A stretch of 39,231 nucleotides of DNA from Octopus bimaculoides (GCF_001194135.2 NC_068988.1:60274822-60314052), one strand, 5' to 3'; shown: positions 11,372-24,495, numbered from the stretch's first letter. A program made the numbers and translations. Notes: generated by a model from the sequence alone, not told the origin.

Positions 11372-12692
11372 TAGTGGAGGAGAGAGGACAGACGTTTTTG
11401 AAACATTCACAAAATCATTAGTTTTATCTCCAACCAAATTTCATTCACATCAGTTTATTTCTACCGAACTAACACTTGTCGCAAGTATGTGTGAAAAAAC
11501 AATATTTATTATGTGGTATCCGTTTTCATGGATGCCTTTCTGAAGGTGTTCTTGGAAGTTGGCTTCCACTTTGTCAAGCATTGCTCGGTTGACTTGCACG
11601 ACCTCCACGTGAATTGGTTCCTTCAAATCGTCCACTGTACGTGGCTTATGCGCATAAACACGTTCCTTGAGGTTTCCCCACAAGAAATAATCATACATAG
11701 ATAAATCAGTGGACCGAGGTATCCACAGAATGTCAGCAAACCTGGAAATGAGGCGATTACCTAAGTAAGAGCGAAGAACGTCCACTGGAGTTCTGGTTGT
11801 GTGGACCGTCACGCCAACTTGTTGAAACCACACACATCGAATAGGCTTACTCTTTCGTCGTAATTCAGGCACAGAGAAATTGTTCTTCATCTTGATGTAA
11901 CGCTCCGAGTTCACAGTAATAGCATTTCCCTTATTGTTTTCAAAAATGTAAAGACGAATGACGGCAGCTTTTCAAACAGCACACCAAACCGTCGTTTTGG
12001 GGCTGTGCAGTGGTCTTTTGTGCAGTTCTCTCGGATTTTCAAGAGCTTAATAATGACAGTTCTGTTGATTCCCCGTGCCACTGAGATGAAATTGAGCTTC
12101 ATCACTCATTATCAAAATGATGTTGTCATTCACCTCAAAAATTGCTTCTATCTGACATGCGAAGTTAAGCCGCTGTGCATAGTGCCATGGTTTCAACTGT
12201 TGCCCAATGACCAATTTCTACGGGCAGAAATGTAGGTTTTCATGCAAAATACGCCTTACCGATCGATTCCCGATGCCAAATTCAGTGGAATGCCTCCGAA
12301 TAGAACAATTCGGACTCCGCATCAAAGCTTGTTTGACATGTTCCACACTTTCCGGTGTCTGTACCGTTCGTGGCGTCCTCAGCAGTCTCATATTCATTAG
12401 TGTACCTCGTCTACCTAAGATTGTGTTACGGGTGGAAACAACCTAATTTCCGTGAATGTTGAAGTGGCGCCGAAACTCACGCTCAACTTCTGTAACAGGC
12501 TCATTATTCTTCACGTAACTATCGTAAGCAAACACGCGATGCCCTATCATCTACAGCACCATGGCTTCACCTTAGAAGAAAAGAAAATGTTAAGACACCC
12601 CAGATCGAATGATACCTGCCGGACATATTTCCCTCCTTCTGGGGCTGAGTAATAGCCATTTCAAAAACGTCCGTCCTCTCTGCTACATCCTG
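11372..12692 (-). mobile_element. Degraded full-length Tc1/mariner-superfamily transposon, DD41D (rosa/VS-like)
   Basis: TIR core AGAGAGGAC[A/G]GACGTTTTTGAAA at 11381-11403 and inverted within 12659-12692, TA flanks. Transposase from ~12550 to 11450 with internal stops: IMSDEAQFHLSG..VWFQQVG..PRSTDLSMYDYFLWGNLKERVY; 41 residues between the second catalytic position (now V) and the third D. Confidence 0.9.
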
Positions 12693-13114
12693 TATGTATG
12701 TTTATATGTGTGTGCGTGAGTATTTGTGTGTGTGTGTGTGCGTGTGTGCATGTGTGTGTGTATTTGTGTGTAATATATATATTAATAAATTTCAGGATAA
12801 TAAAATATTATTTAGAAACTTTTTTAACACCGTGGCCTGGCGTGTAGAAAAATTAGTCAATAGACTATATATTATTCATTATATATACAGTGTATAGACA
12901 TAAGAGATGGCCATAATCGGACATCTAAACCGCTAGAATGATTAGTTTCTAAATATAAATAACCAGAATTTGTTATGGTAATGGGGCTTAATTAAGTACG
13001 CAGATTGAATCCGCTTGACCTTGAGCTTTGTTATATTCCCGCTCAGTTCCGTTGTTTATAACTGAGCAAAGAAGTGAAGTGTTTTGAATGTTCTCATCTG
13101 CATGAAGAGATCAG

Positions 13115-13231
13115 ATTTCAGCTGCACAGGATCTCCTTGTTCTTGATTAATTGCAAACGGTCATAGGAGATGGCAACTCGTGGGTCTATGGCAACGATCC
13201 TGAAATCAAGACTCAGTTGTCACAGTGGAAG
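13115..13231 (+). mobile_element. mariner transposase fragment (first catalytic Asp region)
   Basis: ISAAQDLL..LQTVIGDGNSWVYGNDPEIKTQLSQWK matches the mariner motif VITGDESWVYGYDPETK.QSSQW. Confidence 0.8.
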
Positions 13232-13469
13232 AACACAGCAAGATTTCAATTCAGGAGAATGTGACGTGGCAGCTGCTCACTATCACAAGAAAGGAATTCC
13301 AGGAACACTGACATCAATGGAAACGATGATGGATAAAGTGTGTGGCTTCAAAGAGGAACTAATTCGGAGGAGATTATATGCCAAATTGATGTGTTGTACT
13401 TTTCTTCTCCGACCCAATATTCTTCGATCAGACACACACACACACACACACATATATATTTATATATAC

Positions 13470-13516
<47 letters not shown>

Positions 13517-13542
13517 NNNNNNNNNNTGTGTGTGTGTGTGTG

Positions 13543-13592
<50 letters not shown>

Positions 13593-13879
13593 TACATATA
13601 TACATACATAGAGCATATACATAAAAAGAGACAAAGAAAGACAGACAGTGTCATTTTTTGTCACCTGACTTATATGCGAATTTTTTTAGCCTAAAGAAAT
13701 AGATTTGAATGGATAAATGTTAAAAAGGTGATTTACTGGTTACATGCTATAACTATCTCACACCATACAGTCATGTAATATATCAGAACCACTTCATGCC
13801 ATTCATATTTCATGCGCCTATTTGCTATTTCAATGAATTATTACGTACTACCTTCTCAGAGTCCTCCTTTTTCTTGTTC

Positions 13880-14560
13880 TGGTTGATCTTCTGAGAGAGG
13901 ACAGCAACCTCTTGCAGAGGTCGCAAAGGGGCTTTTCCCGTAAATTACAAGACATTGTATTTGTTATAAATTGCTGAAGGTTCTGAGCCGCCAAGCACTA
14001 ATCTGTCCTCATGTCAATTCCAATTTCTCTGGCATATTTCTGGAACCTGGCTGTTAGTGTTCCGAGTGACCCTGCCGCTACTGGGATAACAGTTATTCTC
14101 CTCATTGCCCTCATTCTTTCAATCATCGTCTTTTAGTAACTTGTATCTTTCCACCGTTTCTAGCTCTTTGTCACCAATGCGTGCATCCGCAGATATGGCA
14201 ATATCTTTAATATTAGTTTCAAATTTTTCATCTACAATAGCAATGTCTGGTCACTGAGTATAGGTTACGGAGTCACACTGGATTTTAAAATCCCACAGGA
14301 TCTTACATTCACTTTTCTCCTTAACACCATCTAGTTTCTGTTAGTATCGTTTCCGTGCTCTGCCCAGACCGTACTTTACACACAGGCTTCTGCAAGCAAA
14401 CTTACCCACGTTTTCGTAACTTCTTTCATAGTTCTTTTGGATTAGTCTGATACTCTCACTCACAACATGTGAGATTGCTTCGTTTTTGCTGCTACACATC
14501 CCCTTAAAGGGTGATTCATTGGTCTTGCCTATTTGGAACTTGGTGTTGTATATAGAGATG
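13880..14560 (-). mobile_element. Degraded RLE-type non-LTR retrotransposon 3' remnant (CCHC finger + endonuclease)
   Basis: With stops/frameshifts: MCSSKNEAISHVVSE..LCVKYGL (CCHC-like), KILWDFKIQCD..PDIAIVDEK, DIAISADARIGDKELE, ITVIPVAAGSLGTL; 3' UTR hairpin ACCTCT-GCA-AGAGGT. Confidence 0.85.
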
Positions 14561-14762
14561 TTAAGAAATTTGTGAGTGTCTGAAACCAGATTAAAATAAC
14601 TTTGGTATATTTTTGCGCCTTTTTGCGCCTAAGTTCTATTCACATCAAGATTGTTTTTTTTAATATTATTTAAACCTCTTACCACACAAGAAATTAATAA
14701 GATGTATTTTGTTTTTATATATTTATCTACTCTCCCAGTGGTTAATTTGCAGTGGCCTTCCT

Positions 14763-14925
14763 AAGGCAGCAAGCTGTCAGCATCATTAGCACGCCGGGGA
14801 AAATGCTTAGCAGCATTTGGTCCGTCTTTACATTCTGAGTTCAAATTTCACCGAGGTCGACTTTGCAATTCCTCCTTTCGGGGTCGATAAAATAAATGCT
14901 ATTTGCACACTGGGGCCCAAGTAGT
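14763..14925 (+). mobile_element. tRNA-derived SINE (Meta-domain-like family)
   Basis: TTAGCACGCCGGG..TTCTGAGTTCAAATTTCACCGAGGTCGACTTTGC..CCTTTCGGGGTCGATAAAATAA; B-box-like GAGTTCAAAT; other copies in window. Confidence 0.8.
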
Positions 14926-15867
14926 TGCTGTCTGTGATCCTAAATTTGAATATTATTTGCTTTACTTTTTATTTGTATCAGACTCTCAACTTTCCAGAGT
15001 TTTAATTATTTTCTCTCCTTTTACCTATATCTCAGACACGTTTGTAGCTGATTCAGGGAAATCATCTCACTCGTATTCTTCTCCCTATCAACCCATCTCG
15101 TAGTTTCCGTTTTTGGAACCTTTCATTTTTACGAATACAATGCTGCCCTCTTCCACGTCGTATATCCTCTTAATATCGCCAAAGAATACTCGTCAGTGAT
15201 GCACAATCAGCATTTTAAAAATACACTAAGGTTTCACTTATTACAATATTGATCAATTTCTTCGTCTTTCTGTTCATGATAGTCTCAATAATTTATGCTA
15301 CCACTACGTTTGATACGCAACAATTATATTTGTAGCATGGCTAATTGTCCGGCTTTCACATGCATATATAATTACGGGACATATTGATTTTACTCCATAT
15401 CCTTTCTCCTTTGCGACACTCCTTTTATGTTTCACAATTTTCTCGAAGTCCCGTCATGGTTGCGTTAACAATAGCTATTTTTGTTTGAAATTCATTACCT
15501 AACTTTAATAATTGATTTCTAATATGAAGCTTTTAGCCAAAATCAATATGTTCAATTTTGCACAAATTTCAAAAACAAAATTCAAAGAAAATCAAATATC
15601 TTTCTTTAATTGGAAATTAACTGTTAATTAAAGTATGAATTTTCAATCATTACAACTTATTCAATTAATTTTGTTTCCATTTATTTCTTTTCTCGTTTCC
15701 GTCATTATCCTACAATCATATTCGCACAGAGCCTTCAAGTATTTAATCGATTATAACGACCCCGGTATTTCAATCTTGTTATTTATTTCATCAAAATCCA
15801 CTTGTTGATCATCCGACAGAACAATTACAGAATTTGCATAATGATATTGAGATAATGCCAACACGTT

Positions 15868-16350
15868 GTGGAGGCGCAATGGCCCAGTGGTTAGGGCAGC
15901 GGACACGCGGTCGTAGGATCGCGATTTCGGTTCCCAAACCGGGCATTGTGGGTGTTTATTGAATGAAAACATCTAGAGCTCCACGAGACTCCGGCAGGAG
16001 ATGGTGGCGAACTCTGCTGTACTCTTTCACCACAACTTTCTCGCACTCTTACTTCCTGTTTCTGTTGTGCCTGTAATTCAAAGGGTCAGCCTTGCCACAC
16101 TGTGTCNNNNNNNNNNTACTCTTTCACCACAACTTTCTCGCACTCTTACTTCCTGTTTCTGTTGTGCCTGTAATTCAAAGGGTCAGCCTTGCCACACTGT
16201 GTCATGCTGAATATCCCCGAGAACTACGTTAAGAGTGCATGTGTCTGTGGAGTGCTCAGTCACTTGCACGTTAATTTCACGAGCAGGCTGTTCGTTGGTC
16301 GGATCAACTGGAACCCTCGAAGTCATAAGCGACGGAGTGCCAACAACAAC
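15868..16350 (+). mobile_element. Full-length ~400-bp tRNA-derived SINE with TSD
   Basis: A box TGGCCCAGTGG, B-box-like TTTCGGTTCCC, (CAA)n tail, perfect 11-bp TSD AATGCCAACAC (15854-15864, 16351-16361); second copy at 32185-32616. An 87-bp internal duplication across a 10-N gap inflates the length. Confidence 0.92.
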
Positions 16351-16921
16351 AATGCCAACACATGCCGTCCTTCATATGTGTGTATGTATGTATGTATATA
16401 TGTATGTATGTGTGTGTATGTATGTATGTATATATATATATATATANNNNNNNNNNNNNNNNNNNNNNNNNNNNNNNNNNNNNNNNNNNNNNNNNNNNNN
16501 NNNNNNNNNNNNNNNNNNNNNNNNNNNNNNNNNNNNNNNNNNNNNNNNNNNNNNNNNNNNNNNNNNNNNNNNNNNNNNNNNNNNNNNNNNNNNNNNNNNN
16601 NNNNNNNNNNNNNNNNNNNNNNNNNNNNNNNNNNNNNNNNNNNNNNNNNNNNNNNNNNNNNNNNNNNNNNNNNNNNNNNNNNNNNNNNNNNNNNNNNNNN
16701 NNNNNNNNNNNNNNNNNNNNNNNNNNNNNNNNNNNNNNNNNNNNNNNNNNNNNNNNNNNNNNNNNNNNNNNNNNNNNNNNNNNNNNNNNNNNNNNNNNNN
16801 NNNNNNNNNNNNNNNNNNNNNNNNNNNNNNNNNNNNNNNNNNNNNNNNNNNNNNNNNNNNNNNNNNNNNNNNNNNNNNNNNNNNNNNNNNNNNNNNNNNN
16901 NNNNNNNNNNNNNNNNNNNNN

Positions 16922-16990
16922 TAAAAGGCGGTGCTCCAGCATGGCCGCAGTCAAATGACTGAAACAAGTAAAAGAGTAAAAGAGTAAGAG
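16922..16990 (+). mobile_element. SINE 3' end with (GTAAAAGA)n tail
   Basis: GGCGGTGCTCCAGCATGGCCGCAGTCAAATGACTGAAACAAGTAAAAGAGTAAAAGAG; reverse-complement matches at 33521-33590 and 38940-39000; 5' part lost in gap. Confidence 0.7.
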
Positions 16991-17648
16991 TATATATAGT
17001 TTTAATTAAAATTGTAAAAGCTGAGTTTGTATCGTGACTTTAGTCTGAGTTTTTAAATAAATCATATCCTCGACAACATGTATTGAGCATTCTTCTATCA
17101 TTGTGCTAATATTTTTTTCAGTTTTTCATATTTCTTTGTAAATAAGGAGCAATGGTGCTGAGGAAGGTTAAACTTGACAAATTAAAATTAAATAATTTTT
17201 TTTTAGAAATTTATTTAATTTGGAAGTTGAACCTGAAACTATAGTCACTATTAACGCACAGTAATGTTTAACAATTGTTCTGTTCGTCTCGCTCGCTCGC
17301 AGACAGCTTTTATTCGTATCAAGATGAATTATAGATGTTTCATTAAAATATCTATTTTTCAACGGAAATAATAGCTTTTACCTCCCCCTCTTTTTGTATA
17401 TGTATATTTGAATTTGCCTCTAGGCAGAAGCATGGTGGAACCTGATAAGGAAGTTTAGCTTTCTTTCACTCTTGTTTCGAAATAATTTTATACCTTGAAA
17501 TTCGACTGGCTGTGGACGAATAAAGTAATATTCTAAATATTATTCATGTTTCTTCGTAAATATGGAGCTGAGGAAGTTTTATAGATGTTTCATTAAAGCA
17601 TCTATTTTTCAACAAGCACGGAAATAATAGTTTCCATCTCCCTCTCTT

Positions 17649-17680
<32 letters not shown>

Positions 17681-17723
17681 GCAATGTTAATTCTCTAAAT
17701 GAAGTATTAACAGTAACTGCACG

Positions 17724-17917
17724 ATAAAGTTTAGTATATTGCCACTTAAGTGTGGCTGACCCCTAGGGGTGGATGCTACTGTTGCTTTTAGCCCCAGGAG
17801 GACATCTCCTCCAACTGGCTGTCGATAAGCCAGCTGGAGGAGATGTCCTCCTGGGGCTAAAAGCAACAGTAACATCCACCCCTAGGGGTCAGCCACACTT
17901 AAGTGGCAATATACTAC

Positions 17918-17924
<7 letters not shown>
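17724..17924. mobile_element. Foldback (palindromic) MITE, 97-bp arms, 7-nt loop
   Basis: Arms 17724-17820 and 17828-17924 are reverse complements with 3 mismatches; loop GTCGATA; right end abuts (TA)n. Confidence 0.88.
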
Positions 17925-17952
<28 letters not shown>

Positions 17953-19084
17953 AGAGTGAGAGAGAAAAAGAGACAGGCAGACAGAAAGATAGAGTCACAC
18001 GCATACACATACATAATAATATATAAACATATATTTATGCATATATATATGCATGTATATATACCTACATATATATGAATGTGTATTGATGTTTCTGTTT
18101 GTAAGTGTATGTATATATATACATACATACATACGTACATAAATATATATATATACAGTAAGAGAGAGAAAGAAACATACGTGACTACACTGATATAAAT
18201 ATGCGTTTATGCATATATGTACGTGTTTGTTTGTGTTCACTTGCATGTGTGTATAAACGAATATACATGCATTTATGTATGTATGTATGTATGTATGTAT
18301 GTATGTATGTATGTATGTATGTATGTATGTACGTATAAAACGAACTTCTACACACTTTCCATCCATTAAATTTTGTTCGCCTCGCAAAGATACAGCAGAT
18401 GACACTTGTTTAAAGACAGCAACATACTAGAACGGCAATCAGAACCACTTGATGCAATTCATACTTCAAACGCCTACATCCCAAAAAGTTATTTACTATT
18501 TCAGTGAATTGTTACGTACTAACTACATCCCAGGATTTACTTTTCAATCCATTTTCATGGATTTTACGAACTCTCCGAAACTTTTACATTCTGTGATATA
18601 CAACATTTGGCTAAAAGCTTTCCGATGTCATTTCAGAATGTTTGGAAATTCAGAGAGGGCAACTACAAGGTGACATCCAGGTTTTGGATGTCAGAATTTG
18701 TGAAGTGAAGTACAAAATATAACTTAATGGAAGATATTTTAGACTGTCGTTTAGTCCTGGCTCACTTCAAAAAAGCAGTTATGTGATCAAATCTGTACCT
18801 GTCATGATTATACCATCATTTCTTTTTCGAGTCTTATTTATTGATATTAGATTAGTAGATGTGTGCTTCATGTTTTAAGACAGTATTATTCGATTTGGGG
18901 GATACATGGCTGCGATTTCTAGGAAACCCGATGACTTTTGCCTTTTGTCATTACATTTACCCTGTTTCATTCCTTATACTACAGACATACTGGGACACAA
19001 ATCAACCTCTATACGATTCATGTTTGGCACTTTTTCTACCAGTCGCATTCGTTGAGCCGCTAAGGAGAATAGACAACACACACA

Positions 19085-19172
<88 letters not shown>

Positions 19173-19174
<2 letters not shown>

Positions 19175-20365
19175 CAAGATCTTGCAAATAAATTAAGGCA
19201 ATTTTTACGATGTATAGAACTAGTCATAAATACTACACAACTATTTTCGCTCAATATGGCCACCCTTTTGGAAAATTACTTCCTCCACACGAGAATGAAA
19301 TTTGTCTGCAGCTGCCGCAACCTCCGCCCTTTTGATTTTGCGTGTTACACGCACGATGCAGGTCTTTAAACTGTTGACAGTCGAGTGTAATGGATTATTG
19401 ATCCTTGCTTCAATTACATCACATAAAAAATAATCGAGTATGTGGATATCTGGGCTATTACTGGCGCAGATGTTGGCCCTCAAAAACAAAGGCACCTTCT
19501 CACCAAGGAAAGCCTGTACTGCTTTTGATCCATGGCTTGGTGCAGAATCATGGATAAGTACCACGTTGTCAAGCCCAAACATCCGCTCCATCCAAAGTAA
19601 CAGAAAGTTCTTCAGAATGTCCAGATACACCTTTGTGTCGATAGTCAATCCAGACTCAATGAAGTGTGGATCCATGACACTCACATCACTCATATTAACT
19701 TCAAACACCATCACAGTAGCAAGATTTTTAGTCTCATACACAGGTGTCAGAAGTGTTGTATGAAATCACTCGAGAATTTCTGCGATCACCTCAGCGCCTA
19801 CAGTGGACTTCGCGATCACAAACACGACAGTTTTTCTTGACAGAAGCATTGAGCATCTCTCGGCTCTGATTACTTTGGTCTTGGACGTTAGATGACGGCG
19901 TCGTCGAACACAGCTAGCCATACCAAATTTCCTGTTCGCAGCTTTGGACACCGAAAAAAGGACAAATTGGGTTCCTTTGCAAGAGCTCTCATGATATGGA
20001 TGGGTTGGCTTCAATCGAGCGTTTCAGACCAGCGAGAAACTTTCGATTGCGCTTGGAATCACTTCGAGTCTTTTGTTCTTTTCTAAAAATCTTTCTTTCT
20101 TCTTTAAATTGTTTATAAGCGCGATACACTGTTGCTTTTGGAAGTTTCGTGAACTTAACAATGTGCCCAGCCCGCTCCAAAACAACAATGGCGGAACGAT
20201 TCTGTTGTTCCATGAAATTCTGTTGTCGAATCAGTTCGCTATTTACCTGAAAAGTAAAGGGAGGGATTAGATTTTCAAGCAAGCAAAGTTTGGTCAAAAT
20301 ATGAAATGGTAAACCCACTTAGTTAAATACTTAAAATTGGTCTCCGTTTATATATAGTCGGCTAG
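19173..20365 (-). mobile_element. Degraded Tc1/mariner-superfamily transposon, DD37D (maT-like), lineage A
   Basis: N-terminal HTH region (ORF 19989-20318) and catalytic ORF 19241-19741: VLIHDSAPSH..NSPDIHILDYFL, with 37 residues between D2 and D3; TIRs only weakly recognisable. Confidence 0.88.
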
Positions 20366-23098
20366 TTTCCACAGATTCGTGAAGCAAATTCACTCACAAA
20401 ACGTTGGTCAGCCCGACGAAGACACTTGCATAAAATGCCTAACAGTACAACTGAACCTGAAACCACGTCTTTTTTTTTCATCACATAATCCTGACTCCTA
20501 AAGCAAAGGAAAAAAATATAACCTACTGGAAATAATGTTTTGTCGACGTTTAATCCTGGGTTAGCACAAATCACACTGATCTAAGATCAAATTCATACAT
20601 GTCAGCTTAGTTTTGTCTCTTTAAGCAAAATTAAAATCTAAGACTTACCTTACCTACAACGTCATTATCTATTGTTTTTCGAGACAATTTATCCAGGAAT
20701 ATTTTATTGGGCATTATGTCATTCTTTTATTTAAGATGATAGGATGTTATTTGAGCATACTTTAGCTAGTATTTCATGCCGGATATGGCAGGGGTAGAAT
20801 TTCTTGCGTTCACTCCAATAATTGAATGTGGAGTACTGAACAAAATGCATGTTAGTATTAAATTCTGAATTTAAATTGCACCAACCTTCACATTGATATT
20901 CTACTTCGAGTTCAGTAAAATAAATTACCAGCTGTTGTTGTTGTTGCCGCCGCCGCTGTTGATGCTGCTTTGTCTCATATCTGTTATGATGGATGAGTGA
21001 TATCATTAGAAGCATTCTCAGCTTGATCATTTTGCTATAGTTTTCTATTGGGTTAGGAATTGTGGTCGTGCTATTTGCTGTTTTCTAGGTAGACGAGCGA
21101 TCATGTAGAAGCACAACAGACATTGCCAGTCCAGTCCTAAATTTGGATAAGTATAGCAATTAATTGTTCCGACTACAAAACGTTTGCCGGTGCCGACGGG
21201 AGAAGCACTTTTCATTATTAAAAGTGGCCAACCTTTGGCTGTAGACTATGACGGAAGACCTAGTAATGGACATATCTTAAACATTTTCGAAGTTTGCCTT
21301 ATATTTTGAATGACTACATTGTCTCAAGTGATGAGTGAGAGTGGAGAAAGAAATTATTCCTTCTTTCAAGGAAATGTATTAGGAAATTGATTGTGTGACT
21401 TTTGCAAGAGGATGATAGTTGTTCGGTTCTATAGTTCCATCTTCACTATCACACAGAGAGGACTCTGTTTGCCATATTGGCTTATTCCTCTTCAAATGGT
21501 AGTTCCACTGCCATTTATTATTCATATTATTATTTTATAGATATTACGCATTAAAATATATTTAGTGTCACTACGTTGTTATTAATTGAATTGTTACTAC
21601 GTTGTTATTTACGCTCCATAATATCATATGCTTATATAAAATAATATATTATTTTGCAACAACTGTACTAAACGTAGGGCAGGAGTAAAATACCGTCAAA
21701 TACAAGCCTTTGAACCCATTTACATACACGCATATTCAAATTAGCCAACACTCGATGAATAGACAAACACATATATTTCCTGTACATTTGCTCACAGGAT
21801 ATTCCTCACATTTTAAAACTTATAGAATTACAGTAAATGTATGCAAGATAGTGAAGTTACATCGAAAACTAATTTATAGTCATGTGTTAGTTCTTTAAAT
21901 AATATTTATCACTTGTTATATTTTATTAACCTTTTCGAACATTTTAAATTGAATGGCTCACGTTAGTTTACTGAGTTCATTGAAATAGGTTATATAGACA
22001 TGTTTGAAGAACTTTATAATAAATTTAGTTATAAAATTGCATCCTGCTGTCCGAGAAAAAAATAGTTATATTTTATCTTCATAATAAAAACAAATTCATA
22101 TATTGCTGTTTCACACTAAGTAGATTAAGGTTAGTTGCCCCCTTACTTTATAAATGTAAAATATTTTTCTTTATACTTCTTTCATTGCTGATGTTGTTAT
22201 TTCTGAAGTAGTTGATAAATATTCTTGTAGGTTTTTAAATCGGCTGTCTTCATCTTGCATCGCCTTTCCATATTTCTCTATTTCAGATCTAAATGAGAAA
22301 CCTGCTATAAAGAAATGTTTGTTTTCTTCATTATTCCATGGTTTTCTGTCAATTTGAATGTTTTTGTATATTTAACCCGGTTACAAAATTAGATTTATCT
22401 GTATTTTGTTCTTTATAAAGATGGAAAATAATCCGAAACTGATTATTCACCAAGAGTCATTTGTAAAAGCACTTGGTTGTTTCGACGAATGGTGGCTCAA
22501 CAAGACACAGCAGTGGTTTTTCGAAGTCTGAGGAAAACAACCAGCACACTATGGCACGCTGGATGCAGGATGAACGCTGAAGTCTTCCAGTTGCATTCTT
22601 CACCTGTCCACGTTCCTCTTTCTTCATCGCCACTAGAACATATGAAGAAATCATGACGGTGGTAGAGCTTGTGTTCCGGTTTGCTGAACAACCTGCACGA
22701 TGAATGTTGTTATAGGGGACATGATTTGTGCAGAGTTAGTCCCACTTTCTTGTTCATCAAATATATAGTAGCCTGCTACGAGTGCCACGAGCCCAATAGT
22801 TATCAAGATGCAGGAGTTGTATAGAGTTGTAATGTATTACATTAACAGTTACAGAAAGAAGAGTGTTTTAACACTAAACTAGGATATGCATTGATTTTTT
22901 TAATGATTAGTGATCCACTACTACCCACTTCTCCCGCACAATCAGAATTTTGAATATTCCTTTCCTATCTGGTGATGATCTCATCTGCCACCTGACAATT
23001 ATCCTGCCTGGAAGCAAGGATTATCTCAATATGCCAAGACATCGCATGATGTATCGAGAGAGTATTAAACTCCGCAACAAAGCATTATAATTAGATGA

Positions 23099-24350
23099 TA
23101 AAGGGCGTTAGGGCTAAATTGATTAGTTTGCGGAAAATGAAAACAAAACAGGTTCCTATCCCAAAATAAAAGCGCTAACTTTTTTTTTTATTAAATACCA
23201 GCTAGATTATGGCTGGGAGATATATAACAGTTTACTCAAACTAGTCACCTTCAACTTGCACAACGGCCTAAAGACGGCCATAGAATCTGACGCATGCAGC
23301 CCTCAGAGTGTGCCAAAAAAAGATTCTCAAGAACCTCCTTGATCTCGGCCACCAGCTTGGACTTCGTGTTACAGGCAGAGTGATTGGTGCTTTTTTTCTC
23401 AAATGCACTTCATACATCGTAATCGATGGGATTGCAATTGGGAAAAGTAGTAGATCAGAAATTGTGGCTGATGAAGTCGTAGAAATTCTCCAAAACCACT
23501 AGTGGCTCTTTCCGGAGGCATATTAAGGAACCAGATCTTGATTTCATAGATATGGCCTTCGAGCAGTAACCTTCTCCAACCAAAATTTGACGACGGTCTC
23601 CAGCAGCCTCACATAGCCATCTGAACTGAGCCTAATGCACTGTTCATAGTTGTGGTCCGCCATGACGTCAACTTCATTGCAGATACACCCCAAGGCCGTC
23701 AAAATCTTGGGAAACTTAGTTTTTACGTGAGACATCACATGAATTGTAAGAAGGCGACCTGTTGTGTCTTGGTGTTGTGCTACTAGTCCTCGCAGAAATT
23801 CTTCTTATCTGAGAAGAACCAGATCACCCCCGGCTCAATAGGATGTTCAGGAGCATCTTTGTTTTTGGTTTTCCTTAGCCTTGGCTGACCAATCTTCCTT
23901 CTGGGATAACTTAATTGCGGCGAATGGAATACACACATCTCGCGCTTAAGCTCAGATAACCTTGCTCGGATATTCTATTACTTGTCCAGCAGTCTTGGGA
24001 TGGATTCCGGCGAGCAGGCGTAGTTATAACGCCTGTTGTGTAACGTTCCATTTGCCGTGGCTTCGTAGCAGCTCTCTACGTCAGATCTTACTGCATTTAG
24101 AAAGTTTACGGTGCATTGAGTAGCATTCATGGCGTCAGCATTTTGGTATACGGCGCAAATCATCGTAATGCAAGGTAAATCTTTTCTAATATTCAGATGG
24201 TTTTCCGCCGTCTATGTCAGCAAACTTTTCCCAACAACAAATTTAATTTTTATGCTTTCCAACACCGCTGACTTTCACCTATACATCAAGCTATTTCTGG
24301 AAAACATGCGGCGTAGAAAAATCGTCAAATTCACCCCGAACAACTTGCAT
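23099..24350 (-). mobile_element. Degraded DD37D transposon, lineage B
   Basis: Minus-strand remnants PGVIWFFSDKKNFCED, TKFPKILTALGCICNEVDVM, RPY..QD..ENFYDF..NPIDY (37 spacing after restoring 1 bp); TIR-like TTAGGGCTAAATTGA at left, TTCGGGGTGAATTTGA (reverse complement) at right. Confidence 0.85.
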
Positions 24351-24495
24351 ATATATGTATGCATATTTGAGAGAGAATGAGAGGAAGAGAGAGGCAGAGA
24401 GAGATAGAAAATGTAGCGACACTGATTACGAATATCAATAATAACGGAAGGAGAGTATTCTGCATATCAGTTATTTAGAAGCCAGGTTATTTATT

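Noticed and set aside
10145-11437. Long ORFs of 340-430 aa, and similar ones at 16189-16967, 27206-27830 and 33638-34148
   Set aside because: They consist of X from N gaps plus dinucleotide-repeat translations.
15868-15945. tRNA gene, also at 32540-32616
   Set aside because: A/B boxes are present but there is no proper acceptor stem or cloverleaf; it continues into a SINE body with tail and TSD.
16020-16203. CRISPR-like or functional direct repeats
   Set aside because: Only two copies separated by Ns; no spacer array or cas genes; eukaryotic context.
19241-19741. Active or domesticated transposase
   Set aside because: The N-terminal part is separated by frameshifts and stops, and conserved WPP.SPD residues are degraded; every transposase in the window is disrupted.
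20731-21030. 99-aa ORF with a poly-Q stretch
   Set aside because: The Q-run comes from a short (GTT/GCT) repeat; no domain evidence.
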